In this document: positions 1 through 12,831 of the stretch, one piece after another
How positions within the stretch are numbered: position 1 is the first letter of the stretch
How the letters are laid out: every line of letters begins with the position of its first letter
Source of the DNA: the human T2T-CHM13v2.0 reference genome, Homo sapiens
Assembly (NCBI RefSeq): GCF_009914755.1
Contig: NC_060928.1
Reading direction: 5' to 3' (one strand)
Length of the DNA: 64,000 nucleotides
The notes under the pieces: model-generated
The model's input: the letters and a program-made list of their open reading frames with translations, nothing else
Database searches by the model: none
Told to the model about the DNA's origin: nothing
Made by a program: the position numbers and the translations under genes

Positions 1-289
1 GATGGGGTGGGGCAGTTTTATAGGATTTGAGTAGGTAGTGGAAAAGTACAGTTAAAGGTGGTTATCTCTTGCAGGCAGGGGTCACAAGGTGCAGGGTGGG
101 AAGATCATGAGACTCATTGTCCAGGTGGGGAATGTCACAAGGTCGATTGATTAGTTAGAGTGGGGCAGGAACAAATCAGAATGGTGGAATGTCATCTTTT
201 GTGGTTCTTCAGTTGCTCCAGGCCATCTGGATGTATACATGCAGGTCACAGGGGTTATGATGGCTTAGCTTGGGCTCAGAGGCCTGACA
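1..289 (-). mobile_element. HERV-H LTR (older LTR7-family subtype, LTR7B/C-like); runs off the left edge of the window
   Basis: The reverse complement reads TGTCAGGCCTCTGAGCCCAAGCTAAGCC... from 289, includes TATA (CCTATAAAA), and closely matches the + strand LTR at 1259-1667. Confidence 0.9.
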
Positions 290-509
290 TTTCTGTCTTC
301 TTATATTAATAAGAAAAACAAAACAAAATAGTGGTGAAGTGTTGGGGCGCCGAAAATTTTTGGGAGTGGTATAGAGAGATAATGGGTGATGTTTCTCAGG
401 GCTGCTTTGAGCAGGATTAGGGGCGGCGTGGGAACATAGAGTGGGAGAGATTAAACTGAAGGAAAATTTTGTGGTAAGGGGTGATATTGTGGGGTTGTTA
501 GAAGGAGCA
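290..509 (-). mobile_element. HERV-H internal 3' untranslated segment with polypurine tract, preceding the minus-strand LTR
   Basis: The reverse complement matches 1043-1258 and the pre-LTR region of the 7353-13284 provirus (CTAACAACCCCACAATATCACCCC...TAATATAAGAAGACAGAAA). Confidence 0.88.
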
Positions 510-984
510 GTTTTGCCTGACAAAGGTCTCTTCTTCCTCCGTGGCTCCTCCACCTACATGTGTCTGCGTATGAATTGGACAGGCACATGAACACTAGTTT
601 TCCTTACTCCCAAAAATCTGTTTGCAAATAGGACCAAACAGCTTTCTGTTCCCCTCATGACACCAATACTTCATCACTATTTTGTCTTATTTTTCTTATT
701 AATATAAGATGACAGGAATAGGCCTCAACTTACTCGCTGCTGAAAAAGGAGGACTGTATATATTTTTAAATGAAGAGTGTTGTTTTTACCTAAGTCAATC
801 TTGCCTGGTATATGACAACATAAAAAACTCAACGATAGAGCCCAAAAACTTGCCAACCAGGCAAATAATTATGCTAAACCTCCCTGGGCACTTTCTAATT
901 GGATTTCCCGGCTCCTCCCAATTCTTAGTCCTCTACTACCTGTTTTTCTCCTTCTCTTATTTGGACCTTGTGCCTTCCATTTAG
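508..984 (+). pseudogene. HERV-H env remnant (end of SU, TM immunosuppressive/CX6CC region), disrupted
   Basis: It translates to GLFFLRGSSTYMCLRMNWTGT-like SU sequence and GLNLLAAEKGGLYIFLNEECCFYL (gammaretroviral TM). Stops and frameshifts are present. Confidence 0.85.
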
Positions 985-1258
985 TTTCTCAATTCATACA
1001 AAACCGCATCCAGGCCATCACCAATCATTCTATATGACAAATACTCCTTCTAACAGCCCCACCATATCACCCCTTACCACAAAACCTTCCTTCTGTTTAA
1101 TCTCTCCCACTGTAGGTTCCCACGCCGCCCCTAATCCCGCTCGAAGCAGCCCTGAGAAACATTGCCCATTATCTCTCTATACCACCTCCAAAAATTTTCA
1201 ACGCCCCAACACTCCACCACTATTTTTTGTTTTTCTTATTAATATAAAAAGACAGGAA

Positions 1259-1667
1259 TGTCAGGTCTCTGAGCCCAAGCTAAGCCATCATAACCCCTGT
1301 GACCTGCATGTATACATCCAGATGGCCTGGAGCAACTGAAGAACCACAAAAGATGGCATTCCACCATTGTGATTTGTTCCTGCCCCACTCTAACTAATCA
1401 TTTGACCTTGTGACATTCCCCACCTGGACAATGAGTCTCATGATCTTCCCACCCTGCACCTTGTGACCCCTGCCCCTGCCCAAAAGAGATAACCACCTTT
1501 AACTGTACTTTTCCACTACCTACCCAAATCCTATAAAACTGCCCCACCCCTATCTCCCTTTGCTGACTCCTTTTTGGGACTCAGTACGCCTGCACCCAGG
1601 TGATTAAAAAGCTTTATTGCGCACACAAAGCCTGTTTGGTGGTCTCTTCATAAGGATGCATGTGACA
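1259..1667 (+). mobile_element. HERV-H 3' LTR (LTR7B/C-like), 409 bp
   Basis: It has TG...CA termini, is preceded by the PPT AAAAAGACAGGAA, and contains TATA (CCTATAAAA), ATTAAA and the U5 motif CACACAAAGCCTGTTTGGTGGTCTCTTC. Confidence 0.92.
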
Positions 1668-4600
1668 GTTTGTATGAGTTTGTATATATGTTCATTTTGG
1701 CCATTCTATGTTTTTTGACAGAAGAATTTATTCCATTTACATTTAAAGTAATTACTGATAGGTAAGGAACTTACTGATGCTATTTTTAATTGTTTTCTGA
1801 CAGTTTTATAAATTTTTGGTTCCTTTCCTCCTCTCTTGTTTTCTTTCTTTGTGATTTGACGGCTCCTAGTGGTATGCTTTAAATATTTTCTTTTTATCTT
1901 TTGTGTATCTATTATAGGCTTTCATTGTGTGGTTGCCTTAAGACTTATATAAAATATTTTATATTACAGTAGACTATTTTAAGTTGATAATTTTAATTGC
2001 ATATACAAACTGTACACTTTTACTCCTCCTCCTCCCACATTTTGTGGTTTTGATGTCACATTTTACATCTTTTTGTAATTTACATCTCTTAACAAGTTAT
2101 TGTAGCTTTAATTGTTTTTAATAGTTTTTCCTTTAACTCTTATTCTAGAAATATAACTGATTTACCTACTTCTTTTATAGTATTAGAATGTTCTGGATTT
2201 GACAATGTACTTGCTTTACCAGTGAGTCTTATACTTTTATATGTTTTCATGTTACAACTAATGTCCTCTTCCTTCAACCTGAAAAGCAACCTTTAACATT
2301 TTGTGTAGGGCTGGCCTAGTGGTGGTAAACTGTCTCAGCTTTTGTTTGTCTAAGAAAGTCTTTATTACCCATTTATTATTGAAACACAAGAATGCTTGGT
2401 ATGATACTTCTGATTTTTTTTTTTTTAATTTCAGGATGTTGAATTTACTATTCTACTACCTTTTGGCCTTCAAGGTTTCTGCTGAAAAATCCTTTGATAG
2501 TCTTATGGACATTCCGTTATATGTGATAATTCATTTTCTCCTGGCTGCTTTCAACTTAGTCTAATTTTTAGTAATTTGATTATAGTATATCTTTGTGTGG
2601 ATCTTTTTGGTTCATTTTATTGGTGTATTTGGGGTTCTTGTAGCTGGCTTTCTGTTTCCTTACCCAGGCTTGGAAACTTTCTGCCATTATTTCTCTGTAT
2701 AATGTGTTTGTTTTTTTTGTCCTCTTATCTCTCTTTTCCCTCTGGCATGCCAATAATGCGTAAGTTGTTTTATTGGATGGTGTCTCAAAAGTCTCTTAAG
2801 CTGCCTTCATTCCTTTTTTTTTTCTTGCTCGTCACACTGGATGATTTCCAGTTACCTGTTTCAAGTTCACTGACACTTTATTCCCTCAGTCTAGTTGGCT
2901 GTTGCTCTATTGGACTTTAAGATCAGTTATATTCCTCAGTATGATTTCTCTTTGCTACTTTTTTATACTTTCTATCTTTGCTGAAGTTCTCTATTTGTTT
3001 CTGCATTGCTCTCTTGACCTTGATAGACATTTTAATGATCATTATTTTGAATTTTCTCTCAGGTGAATCACATATGTCCACTTCACTTGGGTCAGTTTCT
3101 AAAGATTTATCTTGTCCTTTGCTCAGAACATATTCCCCTATTGTTTAATTTTCCTTGATTTTCTGTGTTCGTTTCTACATATTGAATGTAGCAACTACCT
3201 CTCCTAGACTTTTCAGTTTGGGCTCACGTAGGAGAAGAATATCACCAATCCATCTGGTCAAAGATTTTAAGTTGCCCCTCTAATCTTTTTGCTTGCTCAG
3301 ACTCCTGTCTCTGTTTTAGGTGGCCCCCTCCAACTTAGGATATACCATGTTCTATCAGTATCTCAGATCAGAAAAGTAGGATCTAGCTTCTTTAGATGTA
3401 GGTGATAAGGTTGGAGTCTTGGCTGTGTTCTAGTTCCTTCTATCTTCACAGTGGAGCTGAGTACGGATGTCTATCTTCAGTTCCCTGTGCACTAAGCCAG
3501 AGAGAGGGTCTGTGGCAAATGTCTGTACTCACTTTCATGCTGCACCTTTTGATCCTGGGGAGATACTGTCCAGAATACAGTCTGTTGTATATCAAACTCT
3601 TTGGTCTAGAGCCACTCAAAAATGCAAAACCCCATTGACTCCCAGAGCTTATTCATTAAGAGGACAGTCCCTTGAGTGGAAACTATAGAAGCTGTGGCAC
3701 TCAGTGTACTGCCAAACACCTTCCAGGAAAAATGGTAGGTGTGAATTTATCACTGTGGTGGGCTGAAAGGACATGCCAAGCTTGGTTCCTGCTGTTATAG
3801 GGTTATTGTTTGCCAAATTACCTCTCTGATACAAGTTAGTTAGCATCCAGGCCATCAAATAGCCACTGGAATTTTGTGCTATAAGTCCCTTTCAGACTTT
3901 TCTGCACTGTTCCAAGGGGATGTAGCAACTAATAACGCTTATCTGACTGTTTAAAACCATGTCTTTGTTCTGTAATTTGGGGAAACTCACATATGCCTAT
4001 TATCTTCTGTTCCCAGAGTTAGGAGGTTTAGCATGAAGTCCTTCAGAAGGTAGTTGTAAAAGTTGTGATACTCAATTCATGTCATAAATGTTTTCCAGGG
4101 AAAAACAAGAAGATGGATTTTTAAAGCCCAATTTTTGAACTGCTCCTAGGGCACAAAGGCTCTTAGAGTGCTTACATGCCTGTGTAAAACTCACTTTTTT
4201 CTGTGGCCTATATAGACATGCATACACTTTGTCCCCTCTGCTCCCAGAGCTAAGAGGCGTAGGATACAGTCCCTCAAATGGAAGCTTTAAAAGTTGGGGT
4301 GCTAGATGTATGAACTAACTCCTTCCAGGAGGGAGATTAATAAATCTTAGAATTCTTACTGGGGCAAGCAATGGGAGCAAGTTGGAGAAGTGTCAGTCTG
4401 CCTCTCAGGCTGCCAACTGGGCTAATATTTATCTACTCCTTTAAATCCCTGATACAAGACAGTTAGCAGCCAGGCCACCAAGTAGACACTACAAGAGCAT
4501 ATCATAAGCCTGATGTGGGGAGAGACAGAAGTCTGCATATTTTAAGCCACTTTTTGGTACTGGTCCCAGGAAGTAAAGCCCCTGGAAGCCCTCGAGCTCC

Positions 4601-4967
4601 TATATTAAATTATCACCTTCTTTCCCGCAGTCTAGAAAGACCCTTGCTCCTATCGTTGTTAATTAAGAGCCATATCATGGGGAACCTTAGAGTTAGGGCA
4701 CTGCATATGAAGTCCAAACTCTCCTCTCCACAGGGAGAAGCCTGATAGTGGAGATTCCTTTCTTGATTGTATAGTGCCTGAGTATGTCTAAGCTTTTCCT
4801 ACCCCTTTGATGTGAATGTTTTCTCAGTTGCTTGGTGCATAGGCATTTCTCAACTGGTCTGACTTTCTCTCAGAGGAAAAGGATCTATGAATAGATGTTT
4901 CTTTGGTGCATCCATACGTGGAGGAATTCAGGAACTTCCTATTTCTACCATGTTGCTGATGTCACTC
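1668..4967 (-). mobile_element. Old L1 (L1M-type) 5' portion: 5' UTR, degenerate ORF1 and start of ORF2
   Basis: Antisense ORF2 start-like sequence (AGTTCCTTACCTATCAGTAATTACTTTAAATGTAAATGG) lies at ~1730-1770 and ORF1-like sequence at ~2290-3100. The 5' end resembles GTGACATCAGCAACATGG at ~4950-4966. Confidence 0.7.
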
Positions 4968-5620
4968 TAGGCAAGCACTATCTGAGGTTTTCTTGAGATT
5001 AAATTGCCATTACGAAGTTTTGCAAGGTCGCAGAAATGATACTGTGCCTTTTTTTTTGTAGTGCATATCAGGAGATATAGATTACAGATATGTCTTATTT
5101 CTAAGAATATTAGCTGTGATTTCATTGTTAACATGGTGTCTGCTCTGTTTATCCAATATAAAGTTACTTTATTTTTCCTATGCAATTAAAATAAGTACCT
5201 TGTGAGAGATATTCTGTGTACATATCCTTGCTTTTGTTCACTTAAAAATTGTATCCTAAAAATTACTTCATTTAACTTCAAAGAGGTCTTCCTCATTTAT
5301 TTTTTCAAACCCTTGAAGTACTTCATTATGTGGATATGTTGTAGGTTAATTCCATCAATCTCCTATATATGAACATTTATATTATTTCCAATATTTTGCA
5401 ATTACAGAGAATGAGTGCATATGAACTTTTGGATTTTTAAATGGTATCTTCAGGGAAGATTCTTAGAAGTGGGATTGTTGGTTAAACAGTAAGTAGATGT
5501 GTAGGTATTTGTTAGGATTGCAAAATTTACTGCCAAAAGTTGTACCACTTTGCAGTCCCACCAGCAATGTGTTGAAGTGCATGTTTTTTCACAGCCTCAA
5601 TAATAGAATGTGTTTCTTTT
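4968..5620 (-). mobile_element. Ancient L1 (L1MC/L1ME-like) 3' fragments
   Basis: Degenerate similarity to old L1 3' ends (e.g. GTGGGATTGTTGGTTAAACAG...TTTGCAGTCCCACCAGCAATGT). Boundaries are approximate. Confidence 0.5.
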
Positions 5621-7352
5621 TATAGAATTTTATATCAGGGTAGGCAATTCAAAGCCATTTTGAATCCATAAAGGCAAGAGTCAAAAAGAGGGTTCAAGAG
5701 GGCCCAGGGTCCAGGGATGTGCTGTCACATATGAAGGTTTGTATAGAAAGGCAGGAAAACACAGTTAATAAGTTAATAGGAATTAGCTGCAATCATGTCT
5801 TAAACATATTTTGAATGCTAAAATTTTATGGGAATAGACAGCCCTGTTTTTTTCTATACAGTTCATCTCTTTAAAACAAATGGAATCTGTAATCCACCAT
5901 TAACCCCAGGCAAGAAAAATTTCCTGTGTTATGGAGCCATTTCTTCTTTTTGGAGAATCTCTTACTTCCCATCCACATAGATGAATTGGTCACTCTTTGG
6001 TTCTGTAATGATGATTTCACAAATTTGATGGTACCCAAACAGGGCCAATCAGGGTTAATTCTACAGTTTCTTAGATTTTTCTAGAAAAATAATGCTCTCT
6101 CTTACTACACTGGCTTAAGCTAACAGTAGGTTAACAAGAAAATACCAAGAACTGCTACAAGGCAACTTTTGTTAGCTGAAAGTAAACACAAAGCAAAGCA
6201 GAACAGGTAAAGGGGAAAGACAGTGTGTTTTAAAAGAGGGTAAATATTTAGATTAAGCTGAGACTATAGGCTGGCACACCCTGGACCTCCACTGATAAAA
6301 TGCAATGTTCTCTATTTTTATTCATAGTAGTTTGAATTTGGTTTCTTTTATTTGTAGTCCAAATAATCAAATTAATAGGTTATTCTCTCAGAAATTATCT
6401 CAGCATTAGGATGACTCTTTAGTCATGTTAGAATTATAATATTTCCTTGAAATAAATAGTTCTTCTTAGGTTCAATTTCTGTTCATTAGGTTTCAAAGTA
6501 TAAGACAATGTCCCTAAAACAGATGAACAGATTCTTATCTTTGAGCTGTGTAATGAATGGAAAGTATCATAGCTGTCAAGGGATGCTGAAGCATCCACGT
6601 GGGACTGGCAATTGATTTTTCCAGTGAAACAGCACTGAGACATATTTGAGTTTATCAAAGCATTTCAGAGTAGACCTCTTTAGGGTTTAGTGTGATCCAC
6701 AGAGTAAATACTATCAACTATCACATTTGTCAAATCTCTACTGATGGAATTGATCATTAATACTCTTTAGTTTTTTCAAAACACACTTGCATTTTAACGA
6801 ATTCTGTTTTCTGTAATACTTTTCTAACTCTCCAAACCTGAACCATTCTTACACAGCTCTCCATTAAAGTATTTCCAGAACTCAGCAACTATCAGACTTA
6901 ACTTTTCGTAACTGGTTCAATTGCCAGCCCCTCTTCCCCATCTCAAGCTCTAGCTCACTGTCATCCTACTCTGCATTATGGTGTCCCTTTAGCATTACAA
7001 GCTGTTTGCTTTCTGCCTAATAATTTCATTTCTTAACAAGTGCTCAGCATCAGCTATATCTAGTGGTGGTGTTTATTGCTGTGATTTAAAAAAGAGTAAG
7101 CCATTCTCCTCATGTCTGTGAGATTGATATGCAAATTATAGCTACATTCCAACATTCCATGAGAGTGGGGTGAGTTCCATGAGTAAGGGGTGAAAGGTGT
7201 TATAACTCATGGTGAAAATACAGTGAAGGAGCAGACTAACTGTCTAAAAAGGGGTAGTAGTTCATGGGAAAGGCTTCATGGCTAACATGAGACTTGAGCG
7301 GAGTTTAATTTTTTATTTGCTTGAAAATTTTTTGCTTTCTTGCCATATCTAG

Positions 7353-7805
7353 TGTCAGGCCTCTGAGCCCAAGCCAGGCCATTGCATCCCCTGTGACTTG
7401 CATGTATAAGCCCAGATGGCCTGAAGTAACTGAAGAATCACAAAAGAAGTGAATATGCCCTGCCCCACCTTAACTGATGACATTCCACCACAAAAGAAGT
7501 GTAAATGGCTGGTCCTTGCCTTAAGTGATGACATTACCTTGTGAAAGTCCTTTTCCTGGCTCATCCTGGCTCAAAAAGCACCCCCACTGAGCACCTTGCG
7601 ACCCCTACTCCTGCCTGCCAGAGAACAAACCCCCTTTGACTGCAATTTTCCTTTACCTGCCCAAATCCTATAAAATGGTCCCACCCTTATCTCCCTTTGC
7701 TGACTCTCTTTTTGGACTCAGCCTGCCTGCACTCAGGTGAAATAAACAGCCATGTTGCTCACACAAAGCCTGTTTGGTGGTCTCTTCACACGGACGCGCA
7801 TGAAA
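7353..7805 (+). promoter_or_regulatory. 5' LTR7 (promoter); TATA 7669-7675, AATAAA 7741-7746
   Basis: It runs TGTCAGGCC...GCGCATGAAA, contains two ACAAAAGAAGTG blocks, and is followed by the PBS. Confidence 0.95.
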
Positions 7806-7807
7806 TT

Positions 7808-7825
7808 TGGTGCCGTGACTCGGAT
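7808..7825 (+). other. Primer binding site complementary to tRNA-His
   Basis: TGGTGCCGTGACTCGGAT is complementary to the 3' 18 nt of tRNA-His and sits 2 nt after the LTR end. Confidence 0.95.
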
Positions 7826-7948
7826 CGGGGGACATCCCTTGGGAGATCAATCCCCCGTCCTCCTGTTCTTTGCTCCGTGAGAAAGATCCACCTACGACCT
7901 CAGGTCCTCAGACCGACCAGCCCAAGAAACATCTCACCAATTTCAAAT

Positions 7949-7957
7949 CCGGTAAGC
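7949..7957 (+). promoter_or_regulatory. HERV-H major splice donor
   Basis: CCG|GTAAGC lies in the leader ~150 nt after the LTR, the usual HERV-H donor position. Confidence 0.7.
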
Positions 7958-8406
7958 GGCCTCTTTTTACTCTCTTCTGCAACCTCCCTCACTATCCCTC
8001 AACCTCTTTCTCCTTTCAATCTTGGCACCACACTTCAATCTCTCCCTTCTCTTAATTTCAATTCCTTTCATTTTCTGAGACAAAGGAGACACATTTTATC
8101 CGTGGACCCAAAACTCTGGCGCCGGTCATGGACGGGAAGGCAGACTTCCCTTGGTGTTTAATCATTGCAGGGACACCTCTCTGATTATTCACCCACATTT
8201 CAAAGGTGTCAGACCACGCAGGGACGCCTGCCTTGGTCCTTCACCCTTAGCGGCAAGTCCTGCTTTTCTGGGTTAGGGGCAAGTACCTCAACCCCTTCTC
8301 TCCTTGTCTCTACCCCTTCTCCCCTTTTCTGGGAGAGGGGCAAGTACCCATCAACCCCTTCTCCTTCACCCTTAGCGGCAAGTCCCACTTTTCTATGGGG
8401 CAAGAA

Positions 8407-8692
8407 CCCCCAATCCCTTATTTCTGCACCCCAACCTCTTATCTCTGTGCCCCAATCCCTTATTTCTGTGCCCCAACCTTGTATCTCTGCACCCCAATCC
8501 CTTATTTCCACACCCCAACACCTTATATCCCTGTGCCCCATCCCTTATTTCTGTGCCCCAACCTCTTATCTCTATGCCCATTCCCTTATTTCCGTGCCCT
8601 GACCCCTTTTTTCCATGCCCCGACCCCTTATTTCTGTGCCCCATCCCTTATTTCCATGCCCCGACCTCTTATCTCTGCGCCTCAACCCCTTT
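8407..8692 (+). repeat. Degenerate ~21-bp tandem array in the HERV-H leader (~13 units, CCCCAATCCCTTATTTCTGTG-like)
   Basis: The repeated units are directly visible and produce the repetitive ORFs at 8165-8907. Confidence 0.9.
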
Positions 8693-8778
8693 TCCCACTT
8701 TTCTGGAAGGTAAGAACCCCCAAACCCCTTCCCTCCATTTCTCTACTCTCTCTTTTCTCTAGGCTTGCTTCCTTCACA

Positions 8779-9963
8779 ATGGGCAACCTTCCACCCTCCA
8801 TTCCTCCTTCTACTCCCTTGGCCTGTGTTCTCAAAAACTTAAAACTTCTTCAACTCACACCTGACCTAAAACCTAAATGCCTTATTTTCTTCTGCAATGC
8901 CGCTTGACCCCAATACAAACTTGACAGTAGTTCCAAATAGCCAGAAAATGGCACTTTGAATTTTTCCATCCTGCAAGATCTCAATAATTCTTGTCGTAAA
9001 ATAGGCAAACGGTCTGAGCTGCCTGACATCCAGGCATTCTTTTACACATCAGTCGCTTCCTAGTCTCTGTGCCCAGTGCAATTCGTCCCAAATCTTCCTT
9101 CTTTCTCTCCCGCCTGTCCCCTCAGTACCAACCCCAAACGTCGCTGAGTCTTTCTAATCTTCCTTTTCTACAGACCCATCTGACCTCTTCCTTCCTCCCC
9201 AGGCTGCTCCTTGCCAGGCTGAGCTAGGTCCCAATTCTTCCTCAGCCTCCGCTCCTCCACCCTGTAATCTTTTTATCACCTCCGCTCCTCACACCTGGTC
9301 CGGCTTACAGTTTCGTTCCGTGACTAGCACTCCCCCTCCTGCCCAGCAATTTACTCTTAAAAAGGTGGCTGGAGCTAAAGGCATAGTCAAGGTTAATGCT
9401 CCTTTTTCTTTATCCCAAATCAGATAGCGTTTAGACTCTTTTTCATCAAATATAATAATCCAGCCCAGTTCATGGCTCGTTTGGCAGCAACCCTGAGACA
9501 CTTTACAGCCCTAGACCCTAAAATGTCAAAAGGCTGTCTTATTCTCAAAATACATTTTATTACCCAATCTGCTCCTGACATTAAATAAAACTCCAAAAAT
9601 TAAATTCCGGCCCTCAAACACCACAACAGGATTTAATTAACCTCGCCTTCAAGGTGTACAATAATAGAAAAAAGTTGCAATTCCTTGCCTCCACTGTGAG
9701 ACAAACCCCAGCCACATCTCCAGCACACAAGAACTTCCAAACACCTGAACCACAGTGGCCAGGTGTTCCTCCAGAACCTCCTCCCACAGGATCTTGCTAC
9801 ACATGCTGGAAATCTGGCCACTGGGCCAAGGAATGCCCACAGCCTGGGATTCCTCCTAAGCCGCGTCCCATCTGTGTGGGACCCCAGTGAAAATCGGACT
9901 GTTCAACTCACCTGGCAGCCACTCCCACAGCCCCTGGAACTCTGGCCCAAGGCTCTCTGACTG
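8779..9963 (+). pseudogene. HERV-H gag remnant
   Basis: It starts MGNLPPSIPP at ATG 8779, has the NC zinc knuckle CYTCWKSGHWAKEC at ~9796-9837, and carries multiple stops. Confidence 0.88.
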
Positions 9964-10049
9964 ACTCCTTCGCAGATCTTCTCGGCTTAGCGGCTGAAGA
10001 CTGACACTGCCCGATCGCCTCGGAAGCCCCCTAGACCATTACGGACGCC

Positions 10050-12240
10050 GAGCTTCGGGTAACTCTCACAGTGGAAGATAAGCCCATCCCCTTCTTAATC
10101 AATATGGAGGCTACCCACTCCACATTACCTTCTTTTCAAGGGCCCGTTTCCCTTGCCTCCATAACTGTTGTGGGTATTGACGGCCAGGCTTCTAAACCTC
10201 TTAAAACTCCCCAACTCTGGTGCCAATTTAGACAATACTCTTTTAAGCACTCCTTTTTAGTTATCCCCACCTGCCCAGTTCCGTTATTAGGCTGAGACAC
10301 TTTAACTAAATTATCTGCTTCCCTGACTATTCCTGGACTACAGCTACATCTCATTGCCGCCCTTCTTCCCAATCCAAAGCCACCTTTGCGTCCTCCTGTT
10401 GTATGCCCCCCCCACCTTAACCCACAAGTATAAGATACCTCTACTCCCTCCTTGGTGACCAATCATGCACCCCTTACCATCTCATTAAAACCTAATCACC
10501 CTTACCCCACTCAACGCCAATATCCCATCCCGCAGCACGCTTTAAAAAGATTAAAGCCTGTTATCACTCGCCTGCTACAGCATGGCCTTTTAAAGCCTAT
10601 AAACTCTCCTTACAATTCCCCCATTTTACCTGTCCTAGAACCAGACAAGCCTTACAGGTTAGTTCAGGATCTGCACCTTATCAACCAAATTGTTTTGCCT
10701 ATCCACCCCGTGGTGCCAAACCCATGTACTCTCCTATCCTCAATACCTGCCTCTACAACCCATTATTCTGTTCTAGATCTCAAACATGCTTTCTTTACTA
10801 TTCCTTTGCACCCTTAATCCCAGCCTCTCTTCGCTTTCACTTGGACTGACCCTGACACCCATCAAGCTCAGCAAATTACCTAGGCTATACTGCCGCAAAG
10901 CTTCACAGACAGCCCCCATTACTTCAATCAAGCCCAAATTTCTTCCTCATCTGTTACCTATCTCAGCATAATTGTCATAGAAACACATGTGCTCTCCCTG
11001 CCAATCGTGTACGACTGATCTCTCAAACCCCCACACCTTCTACAAAACAACAACTCCTTTCCTTCCTAGGCATGGTTAGCATGGTCAGAATTCTTACACA
11101 AGAGCCAGGACCACACCCTGTAGCCTTTCTGTCCAAACAACTTGACCTTACTGTTTTAGCCCAGCCCTCATGTCTGCGTGCAGAGGCTGCCGCTGCTTTA
11201 ATAGTTTTAGAGGCCCTCAAAATCACAAACTATGCTCAACTCACCCTCTACAGCTCTCAGTTTCCAAAATCTATTTTCTTCCTCATACCTGATGCATATA
11301 CTTTCTGCTTCCCGGCTCCTTCAGCTGTACTCACTCTTTGTTGAGTCTCCCACAATTATCATTGTTCCTGGCCCGGACTTCAATCCGGCCTCCCACATTA
11401 TTCCTGATACCACACCTGACCCCCATGACTGTATCTCTCTGAACCACCTGACATTCACCCCATTTCCCCATATTTCCTTCTTTCCTGTTCCTCACCCTGA
11501 TCACGCTTGATTTATTGATGGCAGTTCCACCAGGCCTAATCGCCACACACCAGCAAAGGCAGGCTATGCTATAGTACAAGCCACTAGCCCGCCTCTCAGA
11601 ACCTCTCATTTCCTTTCCATCGTGGAAATCTATCCTCAAGGAAATAACTTCTCAGAGTTCCATCTGCTATTCTACTACTCCTCAGGGATTATTCAGGGCC
11701 CCTCCCTTCCCTACACATCAAGCTCGAGGATTTGCCCCACCCAGGACTGGAAAATTAGCTTTACTCAACATGCCCTGAGTCAGAAAACTAAAATACCTCT
11801 TAGTCTAGGTAGATACTTTCACTGGATAGGTAGAGGCCTTTCCCACAGGGTCTGAGAAGGCCACTGCAGTCATTTCTTCCCTTCTGTCAGACATAATTCC
11901 TCAGTTTAGCCTTCCCACCTCTATACGGTCTGATAACGGACGAGCCTTTATTAGTCAAATCAGCCAAGCAGTTTTTCAGGCTCTTAGTATTCAGTGAAAC
12001 CTTTATATACCTTATGGTCCTCCGTCTTCAAGAAAAGTAGAATGGACTAAAGGTCTTTTAAAAACACACCTCACCAAGCTCAGCCGCCAACTTAAAAAGG
12101 ACTGGACAATACTTTTACCACTTTCCCTTCTCAGAATTCAGGCTTGTCCTCGGAATGCTACAGGGTACAGCCCATTTAAGCTCCTGTATAGACGCTCCTT
12201 TTTATTGGGCCCCAGTCTCATTCCAGACACCAGACCAACC
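10050..12240 (+). pseudogene. HERV-H pro-pol remnant (protease, partial RT, RNase H, integrase)
   Basis: Motifs include FLINMEATHS (degenerate DTGA), SPYNSPILPV, YRLVQDL, LDLKHAFFTIPL and LPQSFTDSP. Integrase-like sequence lies at ~11780-12200, with stops and deletions. Confidence 0.88.
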
Positions 12241-12831
12241 TAGACTGGCCCCCAAAAAACTTGTCATCCCTACTATCTTCTGTCTAATCATATTCCTATT
12301 CACCATTCTCAACTACTCATACATGCCCTGCTTTTATTTACACTGCCAGTTTACACTGTTTTTCCAAGCCATCACAGCTGATATCTCCTGGTGCTATCCC
12401 CAAACTGCCACTGTTAACTCTTGAAGTAAATAAATAATCTTTGCTGGCAGGACTATGCTGAATCTCCTTAGGCACTCTCTAATCAGATATCCTGAGTCGT
12501 CCCAATTCTTAGACATTTTATACCTGTTTTTCTCCTTCTGTTATTCCATTTAGTTTCTCAATTCATCCAAAACCGTATCCAGGCCATCACCAATCATTCT
12601 ATACGACAAATGTTTCTTCTAACGTCCCCACTATATCACCCCTTACCACAAGACCTCCCTTCAGCTTAATCTCTCCCACTCTAGGTTCCCACGCCGCCCC
12701 TAATCCCGCTTGAAGCAGCCCTGAGAAACATCGCCCATTCTCTCTCCATACCACCCCCCAAAAATTTTCGCCGCCCCAACACTTCAGCACTATTTTGTTT
12801 TATTTTTCTTATTAATATAAGAAGGCAGGAA

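Noticed and set aside
7808-7825. tRNA-His gene fragment
   Set aside because: It is the retroviral primer binding site, not a tRNA gene.
8165-8907. Several repetitive ORFs and a CRISPR-like periodic array
   Set aside because: This is the HERV-H leader minisatellite. It has no unique spacers and no cas genes, and the context is eukaryotic.
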